Positions 12,386 through 28,034 of a DNA stretch of 64,000 nucleotides are shown here, piece by piece. The notes beneath the pieces were generated by a model that searched no databases, was not told where the DNA came from, and saw only the letters and a program-made list of their open reading frames with translations. This DNA is from the human T2T-CHM13v2.0 reference genome, Homo sapiens. The position numbers and the translations under genes were made by a program. The DNA is taken from positions 42,528,001-42,592,000 of the forward strand of contig CP068257.2 of NCBI GenBank assembly GCA_009914755.4, written 5' to 3'. Position 1 is the stretch's first letter; each line of letters starts with the position of its first letter.

Positions 12386-14956
12386 CACCCAGTGCCTACA
12401 CTTAATGATTTCCTGAATTTTTCCAGTGAAACTAGCGCCTAAATGTATTCTTTCTTCCTTCAGAAAGTGTTTTTAATCCGCAGGTTGAGTACTGTGTTTT
12501 CCTGATTTGATAAAACAGAATATTTTTATAGCTCTGCCAGTTTTCCTTTTCTTCCTCATGAATAATCAGTGTGATTCAGCTGGGACTTTCCCTGTTGAAC
12601 AGGGAGAGTGGGTTTTTCCAGCCTCTCCTCCTTTTCACTCCGCTGTGGTTGAACTCCTACTTACTCTTTCGGCAGATGGTGTTTGCCAAGTTAGTTTTGC
12701 AGCTGCCTGGGGGTACTGGGGTGGAAGCAGCCCCGGGAAACCCCATGGGGGACTTTGTGTCTTTTACTCCATCACAGCGAAGCCACGGGGCTGGGCCAGG
12801 CCCTGCCCTTTGGGAACGGGCTCCTCCGGTGCTGGCCTTGGCCTTGGCCCCACTTCATCCTGGCCCCTGCCCAGGCTTCCAGCCCCTGCCCACAGCTGCC
12901 CCCTCCAGGGGCTGCCACTGTCCAGGTCAGGGAAGGCTCTTCCTACCTGGGGAGAGGACGCCCTGGCCAGGAACTGTCCCTCAGCTTTCTGTGGTCTCTG
13001 TGTCCCCCGTGCCCTCCGGGTGCCCTGCTGGGGCCCTGCCTCCCCTTGTCGCTCAGCCTTCATGGTAGGGGCTGCGGGTCCCAGCGCCCCTCCTCCTCCT
13101 GGTCACTCACCTCCCACTGAAGCAGCCCCGTCCGCACCAGTGTCTGGGAAACCCCAGTGAGGCCCCTCCCTGCCAGACCCCAGGTGTGGGGGCTTCTGCT
13201 CCACCTGCTGCATCTGCCACGGGGCCCTTTGGAGAAAGTGTTTTACCCAAAGAGGCGAGTCCTGGTGATGCTGGAGCCTGGCCCTCATTGCTGTCAGCCC
13301 CCAGCACCTGGTACAAAGGCCACTCATCCCAGTCTCTGAGCCCTGAAGACAGCGGAGGGCAGCCTGAGACACAGGACCCTCTCCCACCAGCTCCAGGGGC
13401 CAATGCCAGCCTGGCCAGCGGCCGGGACCAGCACAGAGGCTGTGGATGGGGAGGGTGGTGCTGGAGGCAGGGGGCATGCTGGCGGTCTTTTGGGGGTGGT
13501 GGACAGCCCCACACCCTGCTTGCAATGGTGCGTCAGGCAGTGGCCCCTGGTGCCGGCTGCTTCCCCAGCAGTGACCTTGGCTTCTCTTCTGCAAGCCCCT
13601 GCCTGCCCCGAGATGCCAAGCCCCAGGATCCACCAGAACTGCCCTCGCTGCCTATGGCCCCGAGCGCCCACCCTCGGGGCTGGACCTTTGCAGGAGGACA
13701 AGCCATGCCGGCCTCAACTAGCGGAGACCTCTGTGGCCACCTACGGGTCCTCTGCACTGTGCGTGGGGCAGTGGGGACGGAGCTTCCTGCCCCCCGGGGC
13801 CTGCTCTGCTCCTGCTCCTTGGACCTGGAGGAGCCATATCCACACAGACATGCACGACAAATGCGGCTGCAGACACGCGTGATGAATGCAGCATGACAAG
13901 CCAGACCCAGGATGGTGCCTCTCCCCGGACAGGAGCACTGGCCCGAGCCTGGCCCTGGGTGAGCTGCACAGCCGTTCCCTGCCTCGATTTCCCATCTGAA
14001 ATCAGAGCACTCCCTCCACAGGCTGGCGCGAGGACTAAGATCGGGGTAGACCCGTGACCCTAGGGGAGGGTCCCCACAGGCATGAGCTCCTTGGCTTTGT
14101 TTCACGACGATCGTGAACACCAAGCAGGCGTAAAGCATCCCGCAGCGTTTAGGCCCTACCAGAGCATAGCCTTGGCTGATGTGGTCCTCACCCACCGTGC
14201 CTGGCATGACATCTGCCGGCCTATGCTGAGAGGCCGAGAAAGGATGAGGGGTGGGGAGGGTATTCTCTGCATCTGCCCTCCTGTCCACGGGACACCGGGC
14301 CCTGACCTCTGACAGAGGTGAGCATGGGTCCCAGGTGGGCCCATCCGAAGCCTGCCTCAGGAGTGTGAATCTGTGGCTAGGGCCACTTTCCCAGGACACC
14401 TGGACATCAGCTGGCTGAGGTCCCCACCCCTGGAGGCTGGATCAGAGGGGGCCAGAGGGGAAGGAGGCAGTGTCCAGCCCCTGAGAGGAGCAGGGAGGAG
14501 GGATGAGGCCAGAGTCCGAGGCTGGCGGGCCACCCGGGGGCCACTGCTCCAGGCCTGGTTTGGGATCACAGATCACCCTGCTGACACGCTCCCTGTCAGC
14601 ATCTGCACGGAGGAGTTTGCTGGCTGTGGCCTGCAGCCCACACATCCCAACCACAGACACGCTCTTTCCCCACCTTTTGGTCCCTCTAACAACTCAATGC
14701 CCAGAACTTTCTATTGCCCAGGACTCTCAGGGTCCCTTCGGAGGCCGGACAGACCCTCCCCTCCCCAGGCCTTCGTGCAGCCCCTGCTGCATGCCAGGCC
14801 CACCTTGGTGAGGCTGTGTCGGGCTGAGCTCCTGGTCATTCTGCAGCTGGCTGGGCCCAGCTCCCTTTCCAGTTGCCCTCAGGCCACCCAGGAGCAGCTG
14901 CGTAAGGATTGCTAAGCCTGAGTTATCTGCATCTTTCTTCTTTCACTAATTTCTTT

Positions 14957-15343
<387 letters not shown>

Positions 15344-15456
15344 TGATGATTTTGACACATTGGTAGTATATTTTTGCTAATATTTTATCCAAACTGTTTG
15401 CATCTATAGGTACAAGCAACATAGCTTTATCATTTTATATGCTCCCCCCCACCACC

Positions 15457-15763
<307 letters not shown>

Positions 15764-16805
15764 TGACAAAAGCTATGCCTTCATAAATAGGAGGTTTCCC
15801 ATCTTTTTCTGTGGCCTAGAAAAGTTAGAATTATCTTTTTAAAGGTTAAATAAAATTCAACTGGTCTGCACTTTCCTTAAAGATAAATATCCATCACCTT
15901 TCTAATTTCTCCTGTGGAAGGCGGACTATTCGAATATTCCAGTTCTTCTAGGATTGAGTTTGGTGATTTCTATTCTGCTGGAAAAGCAGCCCTCTCTGTT
16001 TTCATGGGGATGGACTTGACTGTCTTCATCAGTCCCAAAAGTCCCAGGGTGGACACTGCTGCCCAGCCTGGGTGAGATGCTCACCTTCAGCCACGTCTCG
16101 GGACAGGAGCTGGGGCAGGCACCAGCCTGGGTCCAAGGTCTCCCGGGACCAGCCTAGGTGGCCACGTGGCCGCCCTGCAGGAAGGATGGCTCTCCCTTGT
16201 GGTGCTGGGGAGGTGACTTCCATGACAGCGACTGTCACGGACACTTCTGGGAGAGATGAGAAGGGAACAGATGATTTTGGAGCCGTTCAGGTTTCACACA
16301 CGGTTTTAGTCCCAACATTGCAGTCCTCATCGGCAAACGTGATCCCTCCCCCACCGCGTTGGAACATTCTGTACCAGGTTGTATCTTATTGTTTGAAAAC
16401 AAGTTCTGCTAGTTAATTGGTTCGGGAGCAGCACGGGTAAGTAACCTCCCCATCTTCCCAACTTGGAATGTCTGCCTCTTTGTAGATGTATCATTGTTGA
16501 TAGGCTTTTTATTAAAGTTAAATTCCCTTTATGTTTTTAACGTTTGATTATAATTTAATGTCTTCATTTTTCTTTTTAAGCATTTCAAATACCTGACAGG
16601 AAACATTTGCAAAACAGACAGCCAGACTTGTCAAACACTTAAATTACTCTTATCCTTTTAATAAATCAAGCTCATAGCAAACCAAATGCACTTAAACATT
16701 CTAATAGCTTCACAAACTTAGTTACTGAACATCTCCCAGCTTAAAGTTATAACTCTAATAGAAATAATACATTATCCCTAAACTGTACTTTAAAAATGAC
16801 TATGC

Positions 16806-17030
16806 ACTTTGGGAAGCTGAGGCAGTGGGTCACTTGAGACCAGCCTGGGCAACATGGTGAAACCCCGTCTCTACTGAAAATACAAAAAGTAGCCGGGTGC
16901 CTGTAGTCTCAGCTAGTTGGGAAGCTGAGGTGAGAGAATCACTTGAGCCCAAGAAGTTGAGGCTGTAGTGAGTAGTGATCACACCACTGCACTCCAGTCT
17001 GGGCAATGGGAATGAGACCCTGTCTCAAAA
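16806..17030 (+). mobile_element. Alu, 5'-truncated, followed by (TAA)n
   Basis: It runs from actttgggaagctgaggcagtgggtcacttgagaccagcctgggcaacatggtgaaaccccgtctctac to …ctgtctcaaaatagtaataataataa. Confidence 0.9.
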
Positions 17031-17058
17031 TAGTAATAATAATAATAATAATAATAAA
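17031..17058. repeat. (TAA)n microsatellite at an Alu tail
   Basis: The stretch reads taataataataataataataataaataat. Confidence 0.9.
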
Positions 17059-17166
17059 TAATGACTGATACAAAGAGTTGGCTCACTGAATTATTTCTAG
17101 TAAATTTTTGTTTGTTTCTATATAGTATGGTTTATTGCTGACTTTGACATATCTGTAAAGAATTTA

Positions 17167-17922
<756 letters not shown>

Positions 17923-20384
17923 ATCATATTCTGCATATTCATCCCATATCAGATACACAATTTGCACCTACCTTCTCCCATTTCATGGTTGTGTTTTCAC
18001 TGTTCAGTGTCCTTGGTGCACAGATGGTTTAAATTTAATGTTTTTTTCTGTTGCTGCTTGTGCTTTTGGTGTCATATCCTAGAAATCACTGCCAAAAGCA
18101 ATGTTGTCAGGCTTTTCCCCTGGGTTTTTGTCTGAGAGTTCTATATTTTTTGCTGTTACATTAGGGTTGTTGGTCTGTTCTGAGTTAGTTTTGGTACATG
18201 GTGTGAGGTAGGGGTCCAGCACTATTCTCTTGAGCGTGGAGATGGTGATGGGCTTTTCCGAGAAGAAGTAGTTACCCAGGATTTTTCCCTGTAGATGGCT
18301 CTGTGTTCTTGGTTTGCTTTGCCTCTGGCTGTAAACTACTGGCAGAGCAGACTGTGGACATGAGATCAAATGAAGGTTTAATGAAGACCATTTGTTTAAC
18401 CTTGGCTTGGATTTGCAAGTAAACAGACTTAGAGACAGACCCAGACATCTGAAACCACTTGATTAGTCTATGAACAACACAAATTCCACACACAGATGGA
18501 AATTTGACCCTTGGAAACTTACCTTATGTGCTGCCTTATCCTCAGCTCCTAGCAGGCTCAACACTAACTTGGAAAATGGAAGGATTGTGGGAATCCTGCA
18601 TCGTTGCTGCTCATGGACTCTACCCATTCCTAGTGGTTTAGAGGCTACCCAGCCAGCTCCTTCTGCCTGGCCTCCCTCTGCCTGTCTGTCCGTCCAGCCG
18701 GCAACACCGTCCTCGCTCCTGTCCTCTGGCCACGGTGGCCCTATCCCATGGCGTCACATGGGCACACATCTCTGTGTTCGTCATCCAGGCCAGGAGCCTC
18801 TTGTCTACTGGCCTTGGGACCTGGCTTGCTGTGTGCTCTGGGCCTGGGAGCCTCCCTCCATCCATAGACTCAGGCCGTGCTTATGCCCTGTGCTCACATG
18901 TGTGAGGGGGTCTGCAGTGCACGTGTGATGTGGTGTGTGTGGCACTCTCAGCTGCCCTTCCTGTCTTCTCTCCCCCGAGCCTAGGTAGTCCTCCACCATG
19001 TTGGGACGCAGGGCCCCAATAAGAGGGATCTTATTTCTCCTTTGCTTGTGAAGCTCAATTTGGCTGGATATGAAATTCTGGGTTGGAAATTATTTTCTTT
19101 AAGAATGTTGAATATTGGCCCCCAATCTCTTCTGGCTTGTAAAGTTTCTGCTGAGAGGACCACTGTTAGTCTGATTCCACTGCTGTCCCATCAGTGGCAC
19201 AGGGCCCTCCATGTCCTTGGTGCACATTGGCCCCAAGGGACCCAGACAAGGTGGGGCTGGGTGGGGGCTGGCGTGGGCTGTGTACACCCAGGTCGAGCTG
19301 AGCCTGGCCCACATTGGGCACCTACAAGTCAGGAGGACCCCCACCCACCTGGTACTTACACATCAGGGGTTCCCAACCCCCGGGCCTCAAACCACTACTG
19401 GTCTGTGGCCTGTTAAGAACGGAGCCTCACAGCAGGAGGTGAGGATGGGGAGCAGTGAGCATTCCAGCCTGAGCACCACCTCCTGTCAGATCAGCGGCCA
19501 CATTAGAGTCTCATAGGGGCGCAGGGGAGGGATCTCAATTGTGTGCTCCTTATGAGAATCTAATGCCTGATGATCTGAGATAGAACAGTTTCATCCCAAA
19601 ACCATCCCCCTACCTGCATCCATGGAAAAATTGTTCTCCATGGAACTGTCCTGGTGCCCAAAAGGCTGGGGAGTGCCATTGTAGAGCACATAAGAAGCTC
19701 TGTGATTTGAGGCATCAGGATGGAGATGAGGGACAATGGTGTTATTTCAAAAGGCTGCATGCTGTTTGTCCTTCTTCCCTCAGGACGAGGTGTGATGAGC
19801 CAGAAAGTCTGATGGGGCTTCCCAGCACTATCCTAAGTCCTCCTCTGTAGGGCCTTGGGCTGCCTCTGGGCCAGGAGGCCACCACTCGGCCAGTCCCCCA
19901 GACCCCAGGGGCTGGGGCTGCTCCCTGCTGGGCTGTCTGGCTGGCTTTCCCTGCCTGCTCTGATGGTGAGTCATTCTGGGTCTCACTTGTGACTGAGTGG
20001 CTTCAGGACACAGGACACAGTTCACATCTCAGGGCTTTAGGCTCTGGGCTCTCTCTGGACATCTAGGGGCCAGGGAGGGACCTCAGGCCTTTGTAATGGG
20101 AGGCGACCCTTCTTCCCTGGACACACAGCTGAAAATAGACACCCCCCCGCCACCGTGCATGAGCACACGGGGGTCCCCACCCAAGGGTGTCATGTGATAG
20201 GATGAGGGCAGGGATCCACAGCTCGGGCTGGTGGAGCGGGGTGGGTCTGGGCAGAGGTCCCTGGTGCTGGCCTCTGTGTTTGGCAGAGATGCAAAGGCAG
20301 GCAGGGAGGGGAAGCTTCGGAGTGGGAGAGCGGAGGCACAGGTGTGCCCTGGGAAGGCAGGCGGCCAGGCGTGGGGGTGGATCA

Positions 20385-20786
<402 letters not shown>

Positions 20787-21243
20787 TTAATGAGTGAATT
20801 ACATTTGTCATTTGATGTATTAATCCAGTCCCAGCTGTTTGGAGCTGATGGTAACAGGAGCTGTTGTTTAGCTTCCTGGATGCTCTCTGGAGATGACAGT
20901 CTCCCTTCCTATGACTCAACACAGCAGGCGGCCTCTGGGCTGCTTACCAGGGATGAGGGCGACCTCCCGGGCTGGTTATGGGGGCAGGGGGGAGGCCTCC
21001 TGGGCTGGGTGCTGCAGATGTGGGGTGGAGTTCCATTTTTATAGCTGGGCTGGCCGCTGTCCATGTGCACATTCAGTCTCTAACAACTAAAATTTCTCAT
21101 CGTAAGTTTAAGTAGTTGCAAAGGATATAACTTCTGATACATTATAAAACCAATATGTAAGAAATAACCATGAAGTCACTCTTTTAAATGTATTCAAAAC
21201 CCCAGTGATTTGATAGCCACCATTATCTGTTTTAAAAATACAG

Positions 21244-21536
21244 GCAAGCTGGGCGTGCTGGCTCATGCCTGTAATCCCAGCACTTTGGGAGGCCAAGGCC
21301 AGAGGATGACTTGAGCCCAGGAGTTCCAGACCAGCCTGGGCAACATAGCAAGACCCCATCTCTATAGAAGTAAAAATAAAAAATTAGCCATGGTGTGATG
21401 GCACGGGGCTGTGGTCTCAACTACCCGGGAGGCTGAGATGGGAAGATCACTTGAGCCCAGCAGGTCGAGTCTGCAGGAAGCCGTGATCACATCACCGCAC
21501 TCCAGCTGGGATGACAGAGCAAGATCTTGTCTCAAT
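21244..21536 (+). mobile_element. Alu (diverged)
   Basis: It runs from gcaagctgggcgtgctggctcatgcctgtaatcccagcactttgggaggccaaggc to …gcactccagctgggatgacagagcaagatcttgtctc. Confidence 0.9.
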
Positions 21537-24500
21537 TCATCCGTCCATCCATACATCCATGCGTCACTCAGTTTAAAAGAACAAAAACCAAAGAAATCTG
21601 AAAAGCTTACAACGAAAAGACGCTCAGTATTCTCTTCTCCTCCCTGGATTAGCTGGGTGGGCGCCAGGTCATCACAGGGTCCTTGTAAGAGGAAGGCAAG
21701 GGGTCAGAGTCGGGCAGAGGAAGCCAAGGTCAGAGGGGAGGAGAGGCTGCTGACTTTGAAGATGGAAGAGAGGCCTGAGCCAAGGGGTGCAGCGGATCCT
21801 AGAAATGGTAAGAGGGACACAGATCCTCCCCTAGCGCCTCCAGGAGGAGTGGAACCCAGCCAACACCTGGATCGGAGCTTCTGACCTCCAGGGCTGTAGG
21901 AGAATAAATGTGTGTTGCTGAAGCCACTGACTAGTCAGCTACTGCAACCGTTGGAAACTACAGCTATTATCACAATGCCCATAAAACACGCTCCAGCAGC
22001 GTGAGAACAAAGACAGTTGTGTGGTGGTTATGAAACCTCACCTAACAAGACCATGTTTAAGAAAAGCCAAATAAAAACAAGAAGTAATTATTTAAGCGGT
22101 ATCCTAATAAACGGCTTGCAAAAATATGTGAGCAAATGAAGTGGTCTCCATCCAGAACCTTGATGCTGGTATTTATTTTGCTACTTAAGAGAGTAAGAGG
22201 GCCATTTGGATCGTGTCATGGAGGGTGTTTCGACATCATGTTCCTGCTAGCAGTTGCAGAGGCAACACACTGGTCCAGGCTGTGCATCTGGGCTCCAGGC
22301 CGCTTCCCGTGGGGCAGGGCAGCTGCTCCAGGAAGAGGCTGAGAGCTGGGGTCTGGGTGACTGGGCTGGGATCTGCGCCGGGTGGGGAGGAGAAGCCCAC
22401 CGCACTGGGGTTCAGGGGTTCCCAGAAGAGGAGACCAAAGCCATGCATGGTGCTTTGCAGCCTGAGTCTGAGCTGAGCTGGTGGGGGGACCCCAACACAA
22501 GGAGGACGCACCGGGTCACAAGGACTGTGCTCGCTGAACGTCAGGGACAGGGTGGGCCCTCCTTCCCAAAGCCATCAGTGCTCCCCACTGGGCCAGCGTC
22601 TGGCTCACAGCTGGGAGAGCTGGGAAGGGCTTCATGGGTCATGGGCACCCACCAAGGGCAGTGTTGCTGACCATATGGAGCCAGGAAAACCAAAGTTGCA
22701 CATTTTTTTTTTTTTTTTCCAGAACACAAGATTCCCTTAGAGTGTTGTTCTTCACGGTTCATGATTTGGTTCAATTGTTACCATTCCTGATGCTTCCTCC
22801 TAGGAAACAAGAGTAAACCACAATGGCCTGTAAAACAAATATTAAAATCTCGCATGTACTCTTGGGACAGACGTCGTCTTGAGTGATGGCCTTCCCGGCC
22901 CTGACCAATGCCTGTGCACATCCTGAGTTTGTCTGAGAGCCAGAGACCCCCTCTGAGAAATGGGATGGCTCCAGCTGGGAAGCCCCCGCCCTGCCAAGGA
23001 ATGTCACGAGCCTCAAGCAGATTTGCTCTTAGATATTTCTTTTTAATCGAGTCTAACAGTGATTGTTGAGCCGTCCTTCATTTTTTTTTTTTTTTTGTAA
23101 GATGCCTCTGTCAAGAAGGAGCCACGAGTTGGCTTTCATGGAATGGGCGCTCTTGGTGGCCAAATAGAAATAAAACCTGGCTGTCTGGTCCTGATCCACT
23201 CACAGAAGTGGCGTAAACACCTTATTTATGATCTGGGACATTCAACACCATCTTATAAAAGATTCATAGAATACACATTCACACACCCACAAAAATCAAA
23301 AGAGCAGATTTTCCAAAAATAGGTGCAAGAAAGATCCAACTTCCAGGATAAAATTTTAGAACCAACATTTCCATTAACAAAAGCGGTCTTGTCTAAAACT
23401 CTACCGACCGCGCTAAAATCCCATGCAAAACAGAGCTCTGGTTACGTAGATCGTGATCAATAATGAGAAACTGTGAGGCATCCCCGTGGGATCTGACACT
23501 TCCTAGGGGAGCTTCTCTCCACTGGTAATAAAGATATAATTAGGAATTTCAACTACCTGTGATTTTGCCAACTTACGGCATTTGTTGAGAATTTCGGTCC
23601 CTGTGTTTATGCACACACCTTTCAACCTTAGATTCGACGGTGATGGGTTAGTAAACGTCAATTCTAAAGTGGTCGTTTTCAACCAGGGGCAATTTTACCC
23701 CGCAGGGGACACTGGCAGTGTCTGGAGACATGTTTGGTTGTCATGACTTGGGGCAGAGGTGCCACGGGCACCTGGAGGGTGGAGGCCAGGGTGCGGCTCA
23801 ATACCCTAACCACACAGGATGGCCCCAGGACAAAGATGCCCCTGGTGCTGAGAGCAGGGCCCTGTTCTAAGAGATGGGTGGCTGGAGCCTGGCTGGAGGG
23901 CACTAGTGGCACTCTGGGCTGGTCTCCCAGGGCCCCATCTGCCAGGTCGGGGGCCCACGTGGGCCTGCAGGATGTGCGTGCTTCTCTGCTGTTGAGATTG
24001 CATCAGCACAACACCCACAGCCGTGACACGGGGGCAGGCACCTCAGTGACGCCAGAGTCGGGACGGGAGGTGTGGAGATCTGGGCTTGCTTCCTCTTTTC
24101 AGTCCCAGGACAGCTCCTCTTTGGCTGTGGGAGGCCCAGCTTCAGCCTTGTCTGTGGCTTCCTGGTGGGAGGACACAGGCCTTGAGGGACGTTTGTCCGA
24201 GACGGTCCTCATCCTACTGGTAGGGACACAGAGCAGCTGTTCCTCTGGCCCCTCCAGGAGCAAGACACATGCACTGCTGAGGCCTTGGAAGCCTACACAG
24301 GTTTATCACCCACGGCCAGACCTGTCTGTCAGGGAGCAGGTGGGGTCATCCTGCCCTGAAGCACCGATGAGCTGATCCCGGTCATGCAGAGTGGGTGGGG
24401 ACCTCTTGGCCGGGCCTGTTCATGTAGCACACACGGCTTTGCTGCCCATAGAATCCAGGGCCCCCAGTGTGAGCACCACTCTCCATCCCTGAGGCCGAGC

Positions 24501-25677
24501 CTTACCCTGGAGGCAGCCTCAGGTGAGATGCCCCTAATGGAGCCACCTGGCAATGGACCGCTCTCAGGTCCTTCAGCTCGGTGCACTCACCCGGGAGCCC
24601 TGCGTTCTGTCCTGGGGTAGAGGCTCAGGGTTGGTTTGAAGCCATATAGTCAGCTCCCAGAGTCACAGAAACGTCCAAGGAAGAAAACTGTCCGATTACA
24701 GACTTTTAAAATTCATTCATAGTTTAATCAAGAGAACTTGCTGTTCCTTCCTCAAATTTCCTAGAATTGGTCTTCTCATAATCACCACCTAGGGCACAGC
24801 TGTGGCCAAGGCTCCCATGATGAAGCGTCTGTGTCAGCGCTGACGAGGTCTGCCGAGGACGCGTTTCTCTCTGCAGCCCGGCACCAGTCTCAAGGCCATC
24901 GGCTCCGACAGCGTCACCTCCTGGGACCTTCCCTTCATGTATGGTCCCAGCGGCATGCGGGCCTGGTGGAGGAGGTCCTGACCTGCCGCCCAGGGATGGC
25001 CGGTCCAGGCGCAGGGCTGATTGTCCACTTCTGGCCCCTGAGGTACCGGGAGGGCTGGTGAGCAGCGTGTCTCGCTCTGAGACCGGCCAGGCTGCTGGGG
25101 CAGGCATCTGATGTACAGTAGTTCCCACACGTGGCAATGTCACCAGCAAGAGCCACGTATGATAAATTCAGGCCGTCCACCGTGGCAACACTGGGAAGGC
25201 TGATTCTGTAGGAAAGGATTGGCCTTGGGCCATCACTGTTCAAAGAAGAAGAAATCCCTGGATCACTGTCTGATCCAACTCCAGACAGACACTCCACACA
25301 GGATTCCTCCTGGGGATCACGGCTCTTCTCTTGGCGGAGAAGAAGGAGGGAGAATGAGCCCATGTCGGGGGCCTCTAGGCAGCCCGCCACGGCCCTACAA
25401 CTCAAAGAAAACTCACCAGTCCCTGGTCACTCGGATGTCCTTGGAGGCGCTTGGATTTACTGCAGGGACCCCAAGAGTCGGCCACGGCAGAGCCCCGTCT
25501 GCCAGCCCACCGAGGACTCGGGGAGGGGAGGGAGCACTGCAGCAGAACGGAAAATGGGTCCACGCTCAGCTTCTTGGTTTATCATTTTAGACTTTATGCG
25601 TTGGCTTCCTGCGACACATGGTTACATTTTAACCCTTTTACAACCACATTTCCTCCCCCAATCCTCTCAATGTCATG

Positions 25678-26292
<615 letters not shown>

Positions 26293-26734
26293 CCTTGTCA
26301 TGGCTTTTACTCCACAGTGTGTATGCCGTTGAAATTGAATAAATATGGATTACAACAGAGACCACTGTTGTGCTATGATTACATTTGTCAACTTAGATAA
26401 CAGAGAGGCTCTGTGAAAGAAAACGACATTTATTCAAAAATAGGGCGTTGCAGTCGGAACACACGTGCGGTGGTAGACTATGTGTGTGTTCAGGGAGGTA
26501 AAGGGAGAAAAAGGCTTTTAAAGGGAAAACGAGGATCACACCGTTGTTTTGAGGCGATTCCCCTTGTCTACAAGCATCAGCGGCGGGGGGTGCCAGTCCA
26601 GGGTTGGACCGCAGTTGCTGGGCAGATGTCCTCACAGTATTTTCTGTCCATGGTTGCAGTGGACTTCATACAGCGTTGTGGTTTCTCAGTCTTTTGTGAT
26701 AGTAATACAAGAGTTATTAAGAAATAATTTTTAT

Positions 26735-26940
26735 GCCGGGTGCGGTGGCGCACGCCTGTAATCCCAGCACTTTGGGAGGCCAAGGCAGGCAGATCACCTG
26801 AGATCAGGAGTTCGAGACCAGCCTGGCCAACATGGTGAAACCCCATCTCTACTAAAAATACAAAAATTAGCCAGGCGTGGTGGCGGGTGCCTGTAATCCC
26901 AGCTACTCGGGAGGCTGAGGCAGAAGAACCACTTGAACTA
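26735..26940 (+). mobile_element. Alu, 3'-truncated
   Basis: It runs from gccgggtgcggtggcgcacgcctgtaatcccagcactttgggaggccaaggc to …gaggctgaggcagaagaaccacttgaac. Confidence 0.92.
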
Positions 26941-27367
26941 AATGACCATGATCCTGTGGCACGAGCAGGTAGACGGTAAGAGGGAGGGCGTCTCTGATAC
27001 AGAATCTCGTCCCGATGAACTGGAAGCCCTGGCTACAGTGTGAAAACGCCAGCTTCTCTGCCTGGTTTGCAGGTGAAATGTCTGTGGTTATGGCATTGGA
27101 TGGTTTGGTGAACTCCTGTGGGGCCCATATGTCAGATATGAGACTTGTTCCTTAAAATTCATCTAGTTTCAGTTTATAGGGATTTAGGAACAGAGCAGTT
27201 TTTATTTTTAGTAATTCCATGGAAGAAATTTTGACTGAAGGAATCTAGAAGAATTTAGGATCTAGTCTAGTCTGTAGGTAGATATAAGAGCTCAAATACA
27301 ATGCCCAGAGCTACAATCTCCTAACAGATGTATTATAGCTTTTCTTTTCCTTTTTCAAAAAGTATAG

Positions 27368-27484
27368 AGATAAGGGTCTCTCTATTTTGCCCAGGCTGGT
27401 CTCGAACTCCTGGGCTCAAGTGATCCTCCTACCTCAGCCTCCCAAAGTGTTGGGATTACAGGCGTGAGGCACTGCACCCAGGCC
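27368..27484 (-). mobile_element. Alu left monomer (FLAM-like)
   Basis: The segment reads …tctctattttgcccaggctggtctcgaactcctgggctcaagtgatcctcctacctcagcctcccaaagtgttgggattacaggcgtgaggcactgcacccaggcc. Confidence 0.85.
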
Positions 27485-27611
27485 TACAGCTTTTCTTTAG
27501 AAACATAAGCTTTTCTCCCTATGTTGATCAGATGGGAATCTCAGATTTAATGGCCTCTTGAGGCTAAGAAGCCAAACCAAGGCAGGCTTTAGATTTGACC
27601 GATAGCCCTGA

Positions 27612-28034
<423 letters not shown>

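Noticed and set aside
10455-12442. Very long ORFs (317, 501, 265, 168, 155, 132, 106 aa) on both strands with repetitive HQLLFHP…, ISSDVSPAPVP… and DEIDGNGTGAGETS… peptides
   Set aside because: They are produced by the 42/51-bp minisatellite, whose unit lengths are multiples of 3 and which lacks stops in any frame. They have no start context and no exon-intron structure, and the composition is dictated by the repeat. They are not genes.
13533-14399. A 288-aa ORF on the minus strand plus many 80-236-aa ORFs in the GC-rich intervals (12.5-14.4 kb, 28.4-31.1 kb, 51-55 kb)
   Set aside because: They have random high-GC composition (P/R/G/A/S rich), overlap one another in multiple frames on both strands, and resemble no protein family I recognise. 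No splice-site-delimited exon pattern is visible.
18100-18500. An mRNA-like unique stretch considered as a possible processed pseudogene
   Set aside because: It has no poly-A tail, no recognisable protein in any frame and no target-site duplication, so there is insufficient evidence.
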